From: a virus
Strand: one strand, 5' to 3'
DNA length: 64,000 nt
Virus record (IMG/VR): IMGVR_UViG_3300044825_002278
Location: 1 to 64,000 of that record
This document shows, piece by piece, positions 26,534-35,832 of the stretch. How positions within the stretch are numbered: the first letter of the stretch is position 1; the number at the start of each line of letters is the position of its first letter. Made by a program: the position numbers and the translations under genes. The notes below the pieces were generated by a model. It was not told the DNA's origin. It searched no databases and worked only from the letters and a program-made list of their open reading frames with translations.

Positions 26534-27355
26534 ATGCCACTTCCAACACGAAGAGACGATGAATCAAGAGAAAATTTTATTTCTCGATGCATGTCTGACA
26601 ATAAAGTATCTGAAGAGTTTCCAGATCGCGAGCAGCGTATAGCTGTTTGCATGTCCAAAGCAAGCGAAGGTCTTCCTGCTGTCGCAGCCGCTGACTTACA
26701 ATACAATATTGAAGAATTTGGATACACCGAGGACGTAAATGAAGATAATTTTTATGTGCCAAGCGAAGATGAATACGTTAGTTTAGCAAGTCTTAAAATT
26801 ACTGTCGATGAAGACGAAGATGAAGATGAAGATGAAGAGGAAGACGAGGAAGACGAAGACGAGGAAGAATATGATGTTGCCGCAGAGCGTCCCGGTTTAT
26901 GGGAAAATATTCGTCGCAAGCGAGAACGAGAGGGTAAAAATTATAAGCCAGCAAAACCCGGAGACAAGGACCGTCCAGACCCAGAGGCTTGGAAAAAGGC
27001 CCAAAATAGGTTTATTTATGAAAACCCAAAAACTGGAGAGCAATATTCATACATTCGTCAGGGTAATTACAAAAAAGATGGCACTAGTTTGGTTTACAAG
27101 GGAAAAGCCGCTGAATATCAAGGAAGAAAAGTCAAGCTAAACAAACCTTTCCGTACTCCAGACGGACCAAAGAAGTTTGCTGTTTATACACGCAATGATA
27201 GCGGCAAAGTAGTTATTGTTCGTTTTGGCGATCCAAATATGGAAATCAAAAAAGATATTCCGGCACGACGCAAGAGTTTTCGCGCACGTCATCAGTGCGA
27301 TACAAATCCGGGTCCAAAATGGAAAGCTCGATACTGGGCATGTCGTAGCTGGTGA
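26534..27355 (+). CDS. Mosaic phage protein with DUF6321-like C-terminus
   Basis: MPLP..ES..FISRCM N-module; poly-D/E tract; KKFAVY..VRFGDPNM..RRKSFRARH.C..ARYWAC. Confidence 0.65.
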   Translation: MPLPTRRDDESRENFISRCMSDNKVSEEFPDREQRIAVCMSKASEGLPAVAAADLQYNIEEFGYTEDVNEDNFYVPSEDEYVSLASLKITVDEDEDEDEDEEEDEEDEDEEEYDVAAERPGLWENIRRKREREGKNYKPAKPGDKDRPDPEAWKKAQNRFIYENPKTGEQYSYIRQGNYKKDGTSLVYKGKAAEYQGRKVKLNKPFRTPDGPKKFAVYTRNDSGKVVIVRFGDPNMEIKKDIPARRKSFRARHQCDTNPGPKWKARYWACRSW

Positions 27356-27358
27356 TAT

Positions 27359-27634
27359 ATGCAAACAATAATATCGATTCTTATTATAATTTCGCAGTTT
27401 GCAAACGTGGTGATTAGCTCATTCACTGAAGACGCATCTGAAAATGATGCTGATGAAATGCTTTGCAGCAAGGCGTGGAGACTACAGGAAAAACCATTTT
27501 GGAATGCCGTAAAAGTATTCTTTGACCAATACGCTTGGCCACTTTCTACTTGGAAAGGAAAATACTCGACCCATTGCGAAGCTTGTTACTATCAGGAAAA
27601 ATTAAGATTAGAAGATAGATTGAAACAATATTAA
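27359..27634 (+). CDS. Hypothetical protein
   Basis: DEMLCSKAWR..W..HC motif. Confidence 0.55.
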   Translation: MQTIISILIIISQFANVVISSFTEDASENDADEMLCSKAWRLQEKPFWNAVKVFFDQYAWPLSTWKGKYSTHCEACYYQEKLRLEDRLKQY

Positions 27635-27648
27635 AAATAGGGGTAAAT

Positions 27649-28062
27649 ATGAATATTTGGACAACAATTAAAACTTGGTTTCTTAGCTGGTTTGTTGGAA
27701 GTAAAGAGCTTAAAGTAATTGAGATACTTGAAAGTTTAGATACTTTATTTAACAAATCTCTGCCTATTGTAAGACAAATAGACGAGGAGTTAAAGCCAGC
27801 TTTGAGAAATCTGGCAACTCAGAATGGTGACGAAGTTGATTTGTACGAAACGATATTGTCGTTTCTTAAAAAGTTTGAAGATATATTAGATGATGTGTTT
27901 GTAATAGCTCAACAAGTTTACAAGCTGCCAATACCAGACATGCTTTTTACGATAGCTATTGAAATTTTAAAAGCGCAATCTACTGGAAATGTATCTTTGT
28001 CTGTTTTAAGATTATCCGTAGAATTGGCTTATAATGTATACAAAAAAACTAAATCAAAATAA
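27649..28062 (+). CDS. Hypothetical protein
   Basis: 137 aa helical ORF. Confidence 0.6.
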   Translation: MNIWTTIKTWFLSWFVGSKELKVIEILESLDTLFNKSLPIVRQIDEELKPALRNLATQNGDEVDLYETILSFLKKFEDILDDVFVIAQQVYKLPIPDMLFTIAIEILKAQSTGNVSLSVLRLSVELAYNVYKKTKSK

Positions 28063-28842
28063 ATGCCATACAAAAATCTGACTGTTACACCAAAAATTGG
28101 CGCTTTTGACGGGTTCGGATCGCAATACCTTAAAAAACTTAGTGGTTATGCTTTTTGCATTAAACAAGGTAAAATAAGATATAGGTATATTCATACACCA
28201 TTTCTTGAAATAGATCATTTAAAAAATGATTTTGTCGGCTCGATGAATGATTTTATTGGTATACCCGATAATAGACAAGGTAAAAAAATACATGTTTCTT
28301 ACAATAAAGTAGATAAATCATTCGCAAATGTTGATTATTTTTTTGATGATCATTTCATTGATATTGTAAGATTCCATTATTTTTCTACTTTAAAACCAAA
28401 ACCGTGTTCTCAAGAAATTGTTATACATATAAGAAGAGGTGATTTACATTTAAAGTACAGAAGGTTGCGAGACAAAAAAGCGTGGGAACATAAAAGAATG
28501 GAAGATAATAATTACTATTCTTCGAGAATATTGAATATACTCAAAGCGAATCCAAATGATTCTGTGCTTATTCACTCGGAGGGCGACTTGTCTGAATTTA
28601 GTACTATAATGTATGATTGGCCTAATGAATTTAGAGAAAGGATTACCTTTTCTTTAAACGAAGACATAAGGAAAGTATTTAACGATATGGTCTTTGCTAA
28701 GAAGTTATTTTTAGCAAGAAGTAGCTTATCGTATGCGGCTGGTTTGTTATGCAAAGGAGATGTTTTTTTTCAAAATGGACTATCTACAATAAAAATTAGT
28801 ATTCCAAAGTCGTCTTGGAAAAATTGGTCAATTTATGATTAA
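28063..28842 (+). CDS. GT11/GT23-like fucosyltransferase-family protein
   Basis: DGFGSQ, IVIHIRRGD, SSLSYAAG. Confidence 0.7.
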   Translation: MPYKNLTVTPKIGAFDGFGSQYLKKLSGYAFCIKQGKIRYRYIHTPFLEIDHLKNDFVGSMNDFIGIPDNRQGKKIHVSYNKVDKSFANVDYFFDDHFIDIVRFHYFSTLKPKPCSQEIVIHIRRGDLHLKYRRLRDKKAWEHKRMEDNNYYSSRILNILKANPNDSVLIHSEGDLSEFSTIMYDWPNEFRERITFSLNEDIRKVFNDMVFAKKLFLARSSLSYAAGLLCKGDVFFQNGLSTIKISIPKSSWKNWSIYD

Positions 28843-28851
28843 AGGTGTAAT

Positions 28852-29097
28852 ATGCTTATCAAAGTAGAAAACAAAGATGGTTATAAAACTTCAAACCCAT
28901 TTTATTACTACACCGAAGATGCAAATGGAAAACAATATCTTTTTTCTGAATTTCAGCTTGCTGTGGCTGGAGAAAGGGCCGATAAGAATAAAGAGGATTT
29001 TCCTAAAATAAACAACAGCACTAAAAACAGACTTTGTTTTTGTTTTGGATTTGCACTCGGAGCAGCGTTAGTTTACATTATAAATATTATTATCTAA
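28852..29097 (+). CDS. Hypothetical protein with C-terminal TM
   Basis: AAGGTG RBS. Confidence 0.55.
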   Translation: MLIKVENKDGYKTSNPFYYYTEDANGKQYLFSEFQLAVAGERADKNKEDFPKINNSTKNRLCFCFGFALGAALVYIINIII

Positions 29098-29107
29098 TGG
29101 TGATTTT

Positions 29108-30169
29108 TTGGACAACATTAAGTTATTTACTCCAATCAATAGTTTGGGATATGGGGTAGCTGGATACAATTTATTCAAAGAGTTATACAAACTTTATTCA
29201 TCCACTGCCCTTTATCCTATTTCTCAGCCAGAATTTATAGATGATTATGTTTTGGCTGGAATGAACAACAGAAGGTTTGTTTCGTACAAAAATTCTCCAT
29301 GCGTAAAAATATGGCATCAAAATGATGTACACTCTTTTGTTGGCAAAGGTTTGCATGTTGGTTTTCCTATATTTGAATTGACTGAATTTTCTCAAGAAGA
29401 ACGGTTGAGCATGTTTCATTGTGATCAACTGTTCGTTTGCTCGAACTGGGCAAAAGATATATTATACAACCAAAATGGTTGGAATTGTCCTCCTGTTCAC
29501 GTTGTGCCTCTTGGTGTTGATTCAGAGGTGTTTCAACCGTGTTTATCTTCTAGACAGCCAACAATATTCTTTAATTGTGGCAAATGGGAAAAACGTAAAG
29601 GTCATGATATTTTACTCGAATGCTTTAATTTTGCGTTTGAATCAACAGATAATGTCGAACTTTGGATGATGTGCGACAACCCATTTATAGGTAATAACAA
29701 TGAAAAATGGATGAATTTGTATAAAAATTCGCCGCTTGGACACAAGATCAGATTTATTCCAAGACAAAAAACGCATAAAGATGTGTATAATATCATGAAG
29801 CAAACAGATTGCGGTGTTTTTCCAGCCAGAGCAGAGGGTTGGAATCTGGAGTTATTAGAAATGATGTCTTGCGGTAAGGCTGTTATAGCCACAAATTATT
29901 CGGCTCATACAGAATTTTGCAATAAAGATAATTGTTATTTGATTGACCCAGATGGTCTAGAGTCGGCTTTTGATGGAGTATTTTTTTCGGGATCTCATGG
30001 ACAGTGGGCAAGTCTGCAAAAAAACTCAAAAGAACAAATTATAAATCATATGAGAACTGTACATGCTATAAAGCAAAATGGCTCATATTCAATAAACACA
30101 GAAGGCGTTAAAACCTCAATTAAATTTAGTTGGCGAAATTCAGCACAGGAGTTATTAAATGGACTCTAG
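29108..30169 (+). CDS. GT4-family glycosyltransferase
   Basis: VVPLGVD, GKWEKRKG, FPARAEGWNLELLEMMSCGKAVI. Confidence 0.85.
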   Translation: MDNIKLFTPINSLGYGVAGYNLFKELYKLYSSTALYPISQPEFIDDYVLAGMNNRRFVSYKNSPCVKIWHQNDVHSFVGKGLHVGFPIFELTEFSQEERLSMFHCDQLFVCSNWAKDILYNQNGWNCPPVHVVPLGVDSEVFQPCLSSRQPTIFFNCGKWEKRKGHDILLECFNFAFESTDNVELWMMCDNPFIGNNNEKWMNLYKNSPLGHKIRFIPRQKTHKDVYNIMKQTDCGVFPARAEGWNLELLEMMSCGKAVIATNYSAHTEFCNKDNCYLIDPDGLESAFDGVFFSGSHGQWASLQKNSKEQIINHMRTVHAIKQNGSYSINTEGVKTSIKFSWRNSAQELLNGL

Positions 30170-31082
30170 TTTTCAAACACCTCGAAAAATTCTTGATCTT
30201 TATCGTCACGGTTTCATTGGAGCTATATGCGATGAAGAAGATGTAAAGAAACTGCTTGGCGAGCTTCCGATGCCTGTTTTTGGAGCTGCCGCATATGATC
30301 TAAAAAATAGTGGTAAAGATAAATTAAGCTTACCGTTTAAGTGTTTACTTGATTTTGATCCTAATTTTGGACCATCAGAAAGTCAAACAACTGGCGATTG
30401 TGTGAGTCATGCCACTAGAAATGCTATAGATGTAACAAGGGCCGTTGAAATAAAAAACGGAGACAAAGAAGAGTTTCTTGCTCGCGGAGCTACAGAAGGT
30501 ATCTATCAATCTCGCGGGCATAGCGGACAAGGAATGACATGTTCTGGAGCAGCTAGATATGTAAATCAAACTGGCGGCATACTTCTTAGAAAAGATTATG
30601 GTGCTGTAAATTTATCGGTATATAATTCAAGTCTTGGCGCAAATCATAGGATTCCAGACTCTATTTACAAATCAGAAGCGCAAAAACATCAAGTAAAAAC
30701 CATATCGAATGTAAGAACCGTAGAAGAAGCTAGAGATGCATTAGCAAATGGCTATGCTTTGTCTGTTTGTTCAGGGTATGGGTTTTCTAGCAAACGAGAC
30801 GCTAACGGTATAGCAAAAAGATCTGGCGGATGGGCGCACGCTATGGCTTGGATTGCTTGCGATGATACCCGTCAAAGATTCAACGAAATTTTGTTTTTAG
30901 TTCAAAATAGTTGGGGTGTTTGGAACAGTGGGCCAAAAGTTCATGATCAGCCCGAAGGAAGTTTTTGGATAAGAGAAGATGATGCGCGAGGAATGCTTGC
31001 TGAAGGCGGTGCATGGGTATTTAGCGATGTGAATGGATTTCCTCCAAGAAAAATTATATACAGCAATAGCGAGGTTTTCTAA
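30159..31082 (+). CDS. Papain-like (C1) cysteine peptidase
   Basis: Q..GDCVSHA, WAHAM, LVQNSWG catalytic motifs. Confidence 0.8.
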   Translation: MDSSFQTPRKILDLYRHGFIGAICDEEDVKKLLGELPMPVFGAAAYDLKNSGKDKLSLPFKCLLDFDPNFGPSESQTTGDCVSHATRNAIDVTRAVEIKNGDKEEFLARGATEGIYQSRGHSGQGMTCSGAARYVNQTGGILLRKDYGAVNLSVYNSSLGANHRIPDSIYKSEAQKHQVKTISNVRTVEEARDALANGYALSVCSGYGFSSKRDANGIAKRSGGWAHAMAWIACDDTRQRFNEILFLVQNSWGVWNSGPKVHDQPEGSFWIREDDARGMLAEGGAWVFSDVNGFPPRKIIYSNSEVF

Positions 31083-31501
31083 TGAATATTCAACAAAGAG
31101 CCATTATAGGCACAATCGTTGTTGTAGCTTTTGTTTTTTTTACAAATCGTGATAAAATTTCAAGTTCTAGCTTGACAAATGACGATATAACTAATATAAT
31201 AACACAGACGGAAAAAGCTTTTGATGAAGCAGAATCTAAGATTCTAAAGAGTAATCCAAAGCCAGACGATAATAAGCCAGTTGGTCCAGATCCAGATGTT
31301 GCAAAATGTATTTGCAAAGGAACTGGAAAGATAACTCAAGGAGACGGTCACGTTTCACCATGCCCATACCATAGCAGCGGAGAATCGTCGCAGGTGACAG
31401 AAGGAGCTTGTGATAATTGTAAAAACACAACTTCTAATATCCTGACACTTAAGTCAGATTATGTTAGAAAAGATGTTTTGAATAGTGTATTTGGTTACTA
31501 A
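31082..31501 (+). CDS. Membrane-anchored protein with a Cys/zinc motif
   Basis: N-terminal TM; CICKGTG..CPYH. Confidence 0.6.
   Translation: MNIQQRAIIGTIVVVAFVFFTNRDKISSSSLTNDDITNIITQTEKAFDEAESKILKSNPKPDDNKPVGPDPDVAKCICKGTGKITQGDGHVSPCPYHSSGESSQVTEGACDNCKNTTSNILTLKSDYVRKDVLNSVFGY
31160..31200 (+). promoter_or_regulatory. Intragenic consensus sigma70 promoter with sigma28-like overlay
   Basis: TTGACA-17-TATAAT; TCAA-17-GACGATAT. Confidence 0.55.
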
Positions 31502-31525
31502 ATTTTTTCTCAAAGGAGAAATATA

Positions 31526-31702
31526 ATGGAAAAGTGGAAGTCTTTGCTTACATCAAGAAGGTTTTGGGTTTCGGCTGTTGCTTTAACCTCTATCGTTGCT
31601 TCTGAAGCTTTTGGGATTACTCTCAATCAAGAGCAACTTGTTGGTGTTGTTACTATTGTAGTGGCTTGGGTTATTGGTGATACAATTAGGGAAACTAAGT
31701 AA
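31526..31702 (+). CDS. Holin-like protein (58 aa, not in ORF track)
   Basis: AGGAG RBS; MEKWKSLLTSRRFWVSAVAL..., two TM helices, charged C-terminus. Confidence 0.65.
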   Translation: MEKWKSLLTSRRFWVSAVALTSIVASEAFGITLNQEQLVGVVTIVVAWVIGDTIRETK

Positions 31703-32013
31703 TGAATTTATCAGGTATTAGTCCTATTCAATGGGTGTTTTTGGTTGTTGGTATTTTGATAGCACTTCCCGCTGTCACACCATACTTAACATCGTTTTTG
31801 AATAAAAGGAATGACACGCCAAAAAAAGAAGACGATTATGAAACTTACAGTTTAACCGACATAGTTCATAAATGGGAAAATTTAGAAGAAGCTTGCAGAA
31901 AAGCTAATTTAAACGAGGCTTCTGCTAAGTTAGTCGAAGTTTTTCCGCTTTTGGCAAAAAAAGGAAGTCCAGTGGATAATGTAATGAGTAAATACAATCC
32001 TCCAAATCCTTAG
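31702..32013 (+). CDS. Membrane-anchored hypothetical protein
   Basis: TAATG coupling, N-terminal TM. Confidence 0.6.
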   Translation: MNLSGISPIQWVFLVVGILIALPAVTPYLTSFLNKRNDTPKKEDDYETYSLTDIVHKWENLEEACRKANLNEASAKLVEVFPLLAKKGSPVDNVMSKYNPPNP

Positions 32014-32021
32014 AGGTTAAG

Positions 32022-32480
32022 ATGAACAAAAGCACACGATTGGTTCTTGGTTTATGTTTAGTTTCAGTGGGTCTTTTTTGGAATAATATAGCAAACTTTA
32101 TTCCTAAAATTGATAACAAAACTCCAAAGCAGTTGGTTCAAATCGATAAGCCATCTGATGAAGTTTTTAATACTGTTAAACCGGTTGCGGATTTAATTAC
32201 AGATCCAAGTGACAAAATTAAGTTGTGCTTGTTTAACAATACCTTTTCAAAAAGAGTAACATCTTATTCTGCTGATGCGCAGCAAGTAAACGATGTTTAT
32301 GTTCAGGCAGCAAAAAACTTATTCGGAGATTCCCTTAAGGGAAAATACCAAGGGTTTTCTGGATCGCTTGATAAACTTTTCGGCTCTGTTTTTGGGATAG
32401 AAAATCATGTGGTGACAGACAAAGAAAAATCTGCACTATCTGAAACTTTTAGGGGATTAGCTTATTGCTTGTCTTTGTAA
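32022..32480 (+). CDS. Signal-anchored hypothetical protein
   Basis: GAGG RBS, N-terminal hydrophobic segment. Confidence 0.6.
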   Translation: MNKSTRLVLGLCLVSVGLFWNNIANFIPKIDNKTPKQLVQIDKPSDEVFNTVKPVADLITDPSDKIKLCLFNNTFSKRVTSYSADAQQVNDVYVQAAKNLFGDSLKGKYQGFSGSLDKLFGSVFGIENHVVTDKEKSALSETFRGLAYCLSL

Positions 32481-32485
32481 CAATC

Positions 32486-32509
32486 AAGTGGGGTTTCGGC
32501 CCCACTTTT
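32486..32509 (+). terminator. Intrinsic terminator
   Basis: AAGTGGGGT-TTCG-GCCCCACTT plus T. Confidence 0.85.
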
Positions 32510-32531
32510 AATTTTAAATTGAAAGGATTTT

Positions 32532-32774
32532 ATGAATATTATTGAAGTTGCATTAGAAGAATGTAGAACTTCTATGCGTGTATGTACATTTGAGATTAAT
32601 AGCGTGTTGGCAACACCCGCAGAAGTAGGTTCTCTTGATAGACTTTCTAAAGCTATTTATGACTATTCAAGACACGAAGCTGCATTTCAAAATTTGCTAA
32701 AGTTGAAGAACCAAATTGACGAAGCTAATTCAAAGCAAACTGAACAAGGCCCAGAAGAGGAAGATGAAGACTAA
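32532..32774 (+). CDS. Hypothetical protein
   Basis: AAGGA RBS. Confidence 0.55.
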   Translation: MNIIEVALEECRTSMRVCTFEINSVLATPAEVGSLDRLSKAIYDYSRHEAAFQNLLKLKNQIDEANSKQTEQGPEEEDED

Positions 32775-33132
32775 AATAACAATAATTGTAATAGAAACAA
32801 TTCCTTATTTTAGACAAGGCATACCACCAACAAGAGTTTTAGTAGATAGCGAAGGAAAATTTCCGTCTGGTTATATTTCTACAAAAACTGTAGAAGATAC
32901 GCTAATAGAAATACTTTCAAAACATACATCGTTGTCTATTAATTTTCTTTGCCCAACAATTAGTAAGCTTTTTCATCAAAAAGGGTCTGATGAATGTGAA
33001 GCAATATATACATGCGTTGTCCAAGATGGAATTATTAGTACAAAAAACAATTCTAAAATGTTGTCAATCGAGGAAATAAATATAGATGAGCGATACGCAA
33101 CCCCAATCATGTCAGTCCCAAGATCAATTTGA
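32764..33132 (+). CDS. Hypothetical protein
   Basis: Overlapping gene string. Confidence 0.5.
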   Translation: MKTKITIIVIETIPYFRQGIPPTRVLVDSEGKFPSGYISTKTVEDTLIEILSKHTSLSINFLCPTISKLFHQKGSDECEAIYTCVVQDGIISTKNNSKMLSIEEINIDERYATPIMSVPRSI

Positions 33133-33439
33133 TAAAGAGGACTCAGAACTTTCCGCACAATTGGTTATTGCTGTTGACAAAAAGGGATTTGTGTCGTATA
33201 ATTGCGACTGGATACCGGGAGAAAACGGCATAGTTGGACTTGCTACTATTTTTTACAAATTATTGCTGGACAATTTTAGTGAAGAAATTCTTCAGGAAAT
33301 CAAGCAGCAATGCGTATTAAATGATAGTGAATCAGAGTATGTTGCGGTTATAAACCTAATAAATAGTTATGATTCCAAGGTCAAAAAACCAGACGACGAT
33401 CAAGTAGTGATTCCTCCTGATCAAGTTTACCGTATTTAA
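33086..33439 (+). CDS. Hypothetical protein
   Basis: GAGG RBS. Confidence 0.55.
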   Translation: MSDTQPQSCQSQDQFDKEDSELSAQLVIAVDKKGFVSYNCDWIPGENGIVGLATIFYKLLLDNFSEEILQEIKQQCVLNDSESEYVAVINLINSYDSKVKKPDDDQVVIPPDQVYRI

Positions 33440-33452
33440 CGGGAGAAAGTTT

Positions 33453-34085
33453 ATGGCAAACAAAAAGATAATCTGGAAAAGCTGGAACGCTGTTGCAGAA
33501 GAATACATAAACTCATACACTGAAGAGTTATCAAAACTCGAAGAAGAAATAAACAATGTATCAAATGAAGAAGGCATGATGGGCATTCCGATGCTTTTCA
33601 ATGCCGATAAATTCAATGCGATGCATACGCCGTTTGGTGTCTTTCCAATGGATTCTTCTTTTAAACCTTCTGACAGATGGGATTGCTGGATTGGTACAAC
33701 CAACTTTAGTATTACAAAATCTGTTTATAAGATTCTAAGAGAAGATATCGATGGGATCGAAGCCCTGAAAATTATGGGAAGGTATTCTTTTTGTATCGGA
33801 GTGCCTTGCACTTTTGACTTTCAAGATGTAAGATTAGAAATTGAAAAGAAGCTTTGTGTTTTCACTGAGAAGGAGGTAATGACAGATGAAGTAACGGCTA
33901 CTGTTGCTTTGATGAAAGAACAGCTAAAACATAACAAATATTGGTCTATTTTAGTTGCTTCTACAGGTAAAGTGGATTATGTAGTTTCTGATAATTTGGA
34001 TCAGAAGTACATAGACGGTTTGAATCAATTAGTGGAATTAAAACAAAAAGTTGGTGGAATAATTTTAAGAGGCGAAGATGGATAA
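33453..34085 (+). CDS. Hypothetical conserved-looking phage protein
   Basis: 210 aa; TPFG..W.GTTNFSIT..GIEAL..RY. Confidence 0.65.
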   Translation: MANKKIIWKSWNAVAEEYINSYTEELSKLEEEINNVSNEEGMMGIPMLFNADKFNAMHTPFGVFPMDSSFKPSDRWDCWIGTTNFSITKSVYKILREDIDGIEALKIMGRYSFCIGVPCTFDFQDVRLEIEKKLCVFTEKEVMTDEVTATVALMKEQLKHNKYWSILVASTGKVDYVVSDNLDQKYIDGLNQLVELKQKVGGIILRGEDG

Positions 34086-34551
34086 CATTAATATTGAATT
34101 TGAAGAAAAGTGGAACGATTCTGATATCAAGAGCATCATGAATAAAGTATCAAATCGATACAAAAAGAATATAGATCATGACGATATAGAATCTATAAAG
34201 ATGAATACACTTTGGAATTGCATCAAAAAGTTTGACGAGTCTAAGGGTACGAAGTTTACATCGTATCTTTTCCAACAGTTAACCTACGCTTTTAAAAATA
34301 AAGTCAAGTCAAAGCGGTCTGAATTTAACTTTGATGAGCTTGAAAAGCAGGATACAAAATATCAAGAAAAGCTTGATGTTATTGATATAATGAACAGTCT
34401 AGATGAAGAAACATATCAAATCCTGCAACAAAAGTTTTACCAAAATATGACTATGAAAGAAATAGGTAAAACCAATGGCTACTCGCGCGAAACCGCACGA
34501 AGAAAGTTTAAAAATGCCATTACTTTATGCAAAAATATGTATAAATCTTGA
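34078..34551 (+). CDS. Phage sigma70-family sigma factor (regions 2 and 4)
   Basis: LW.CIKKFD.SKGTKFTSY (region 2); NMTMKEIG...GYSRETAR (region 4 HTH). Confidence 0.8.
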   Translation: MDNINIEFEEKWNDSDIKSIMNKVSNRYKKNIDHDDIESIKMNTLWNCIKKFDESKGTKFTSYLFQQLTYAFKNKVKSKRSEFNFDELEKQDTKYQEKLDVIDIMNSLDEETYQILQQKFYQNMTMKEIGKTNGYSRETARRKFKNAITLCKNMYKS

Positions 34552-34558
34552 TTTTAAT

Positions 34559-34566
34559 TGTGTATA
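34559..34566 (+). promoter_or_regulatory. TGTGTATA motif (putative late promoter)
   Basis: Immediately after the sigma gene, before a putative structural gene. Confidence 0.5.
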
Positions 34567-34651
34567 TTAGCTTATAGGAATTGGATCTCCATTTTGGATA
34601 ATTTGGAAAATTTGTGTTTACGTTTATTCTTTAATAATCGGAGATCTTGCT

Positions 34652-35332
34652 ATGGCAGTACAACCAAAATCTAGTTATTTGAAAAACACCACAGGCGGTG
34701 CTTTTTCTAGTCAACGACAAGGCGGCACTCTTTATGGAAACGGCACAACTGGATCTGTTATTACCAAGGCATTCTTGGTAAAAGATGCTGTTGACAATAT
34801 AGTAAAGCCTTATGGAGTAGTTTTGAAAGCATACCCCGGAACAAGTGGTATGTACGGAACTCAAAAGATTGTTTCTGGCGGTGCTTTTGCTTACTTTGAA
34901 GCTGGAAAGTATATTATTAGAACGATCAGCACTACTATTGCTGGTGTTGCGTCTACTAAACTTCTTATTCCCGGCTCTGACAATGGCAAACGCAATGCTA
35001 TTCATCAATTCATCCATGACTTCGGCGCGCGTTTGCTTACCAAGTGGCGAGCAAATGAGTTTTCGTGGCTTGGAGTATTTGATAATGGCAACAAGATCAA
35101 GCGTCGTTACAACTGGGTTGATGCTGCTGGTACAGCAGCTTCTAAGCCGGTTACACTAACAAATCTTGATATGCTCAATCCTGTTGGCGGTTCAACGGCT
35201 CGAAAGAGCGATAGCGCTGCTAATCCAACACGAGCAATTCCGGGTGAGTTGGTAATGAAGGTTGACTTTGTTACTACAAATATTTCTAGCGGCGGCGACT
35301 TCTTCAATTACAAGCCAATCACTGGTATGTAG
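34652..35332 (+). CDS. Putative virion structural protein
   Basis: Gly/Ala/Thr-rich, biased codon use, GGAG RBS. Confidence 0.45.
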   Translation: MAVQPKSSYLKNTTGGAFSSQRQGGTLYGNGTTGSVITKAFLVKDAVDNIVKPYGVVLKAYPGTSGMYGTQKIVSGGAFAYFEAGKYIIRTISTTIAGVASTKLLIPGSDNGKRNAIHQFIHDFGARLLTKWRANEFSWLGVFDNGNKIKRRYNWVDAAGTAASKPVTLTNLDMLNPVGGSTARKSDSAANPTRAIPGELVMKVDFVTTNISSGGDFFNYKPITGM

Positions 35333-35380
35333 TTTGACAATTTTGGACTTTCCATCATTCAACCAAACTGGAGTACCACT

Positions 35381-35692
35381 ATGAATGAAGCTTGGGTCTT
35401 AATAAGAAACATCGCTGAAGTTATTGGAATGTTTGCAATACCGCTTTTTTCTTGGGTTGTTTATACGTTAGTTCAACAGGGTAAGCAAATTATCGTGCTT
35501 GAACAAAAAGTGAATGACTCTATAAGTCAAAGAATGACCGGAATAGAAAAACGGGTTGGTGGAATGGAAGAGAAAATGGAAGAAGTTGTTAGCAATGTTA
35601 TAGAATGCAAGATGATTGCGGCAGATAATAAAAATCTCCACATGCAGATTAATTCTAAGCTTGACCTTCTGGCTTCCAAGTTAAAAAGTTAA
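35381..35692 (+). CDS. Membrane protein with coiled coil
   Basis: TM plus heptads; GGAG RBS. Confidence 0.6.
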   Translation: MNEAWVLIRNIAEVIGMFAIPLFSWVVYTLVQQGKQIIVLEQKVNDSISQRMTGIEKRVGGMEEKMEEVVSNVIECKMIAADNKNLHMQINSKLDLLASKLKS

Positions 35693-35720
35693 ATATCCAA
35701 TAATCTTGGTTTTTGATAAG

Positions 35721-35760
35721 AAACCTGTCGATGAAAAGTCGGCAGGTTTTCTTTTTTTTT
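35721..35760 (+). terminator. Intrinsic terminator
   Basis: AAACCTGTCGA/TCGGCAGGTTT hairpin plus long T-tract. Confidence 0.8.
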
Positions 35761-35762
35761 GA

Positions 35763-35791
35763 TTGATTTTGTTCTCGGTATGGTGTATAAT
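35763..35791 (+). promoter_or_regulatory. Sigma70-type promoter for nrdAB
   Basis: TTGATT-17-TATAAT. Confidence 0.55.
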
Positions 35792-35832
35792 ACTCTACCA
35801 GATAAAGTTTTTACATCGAGAAAGGTATTGTA

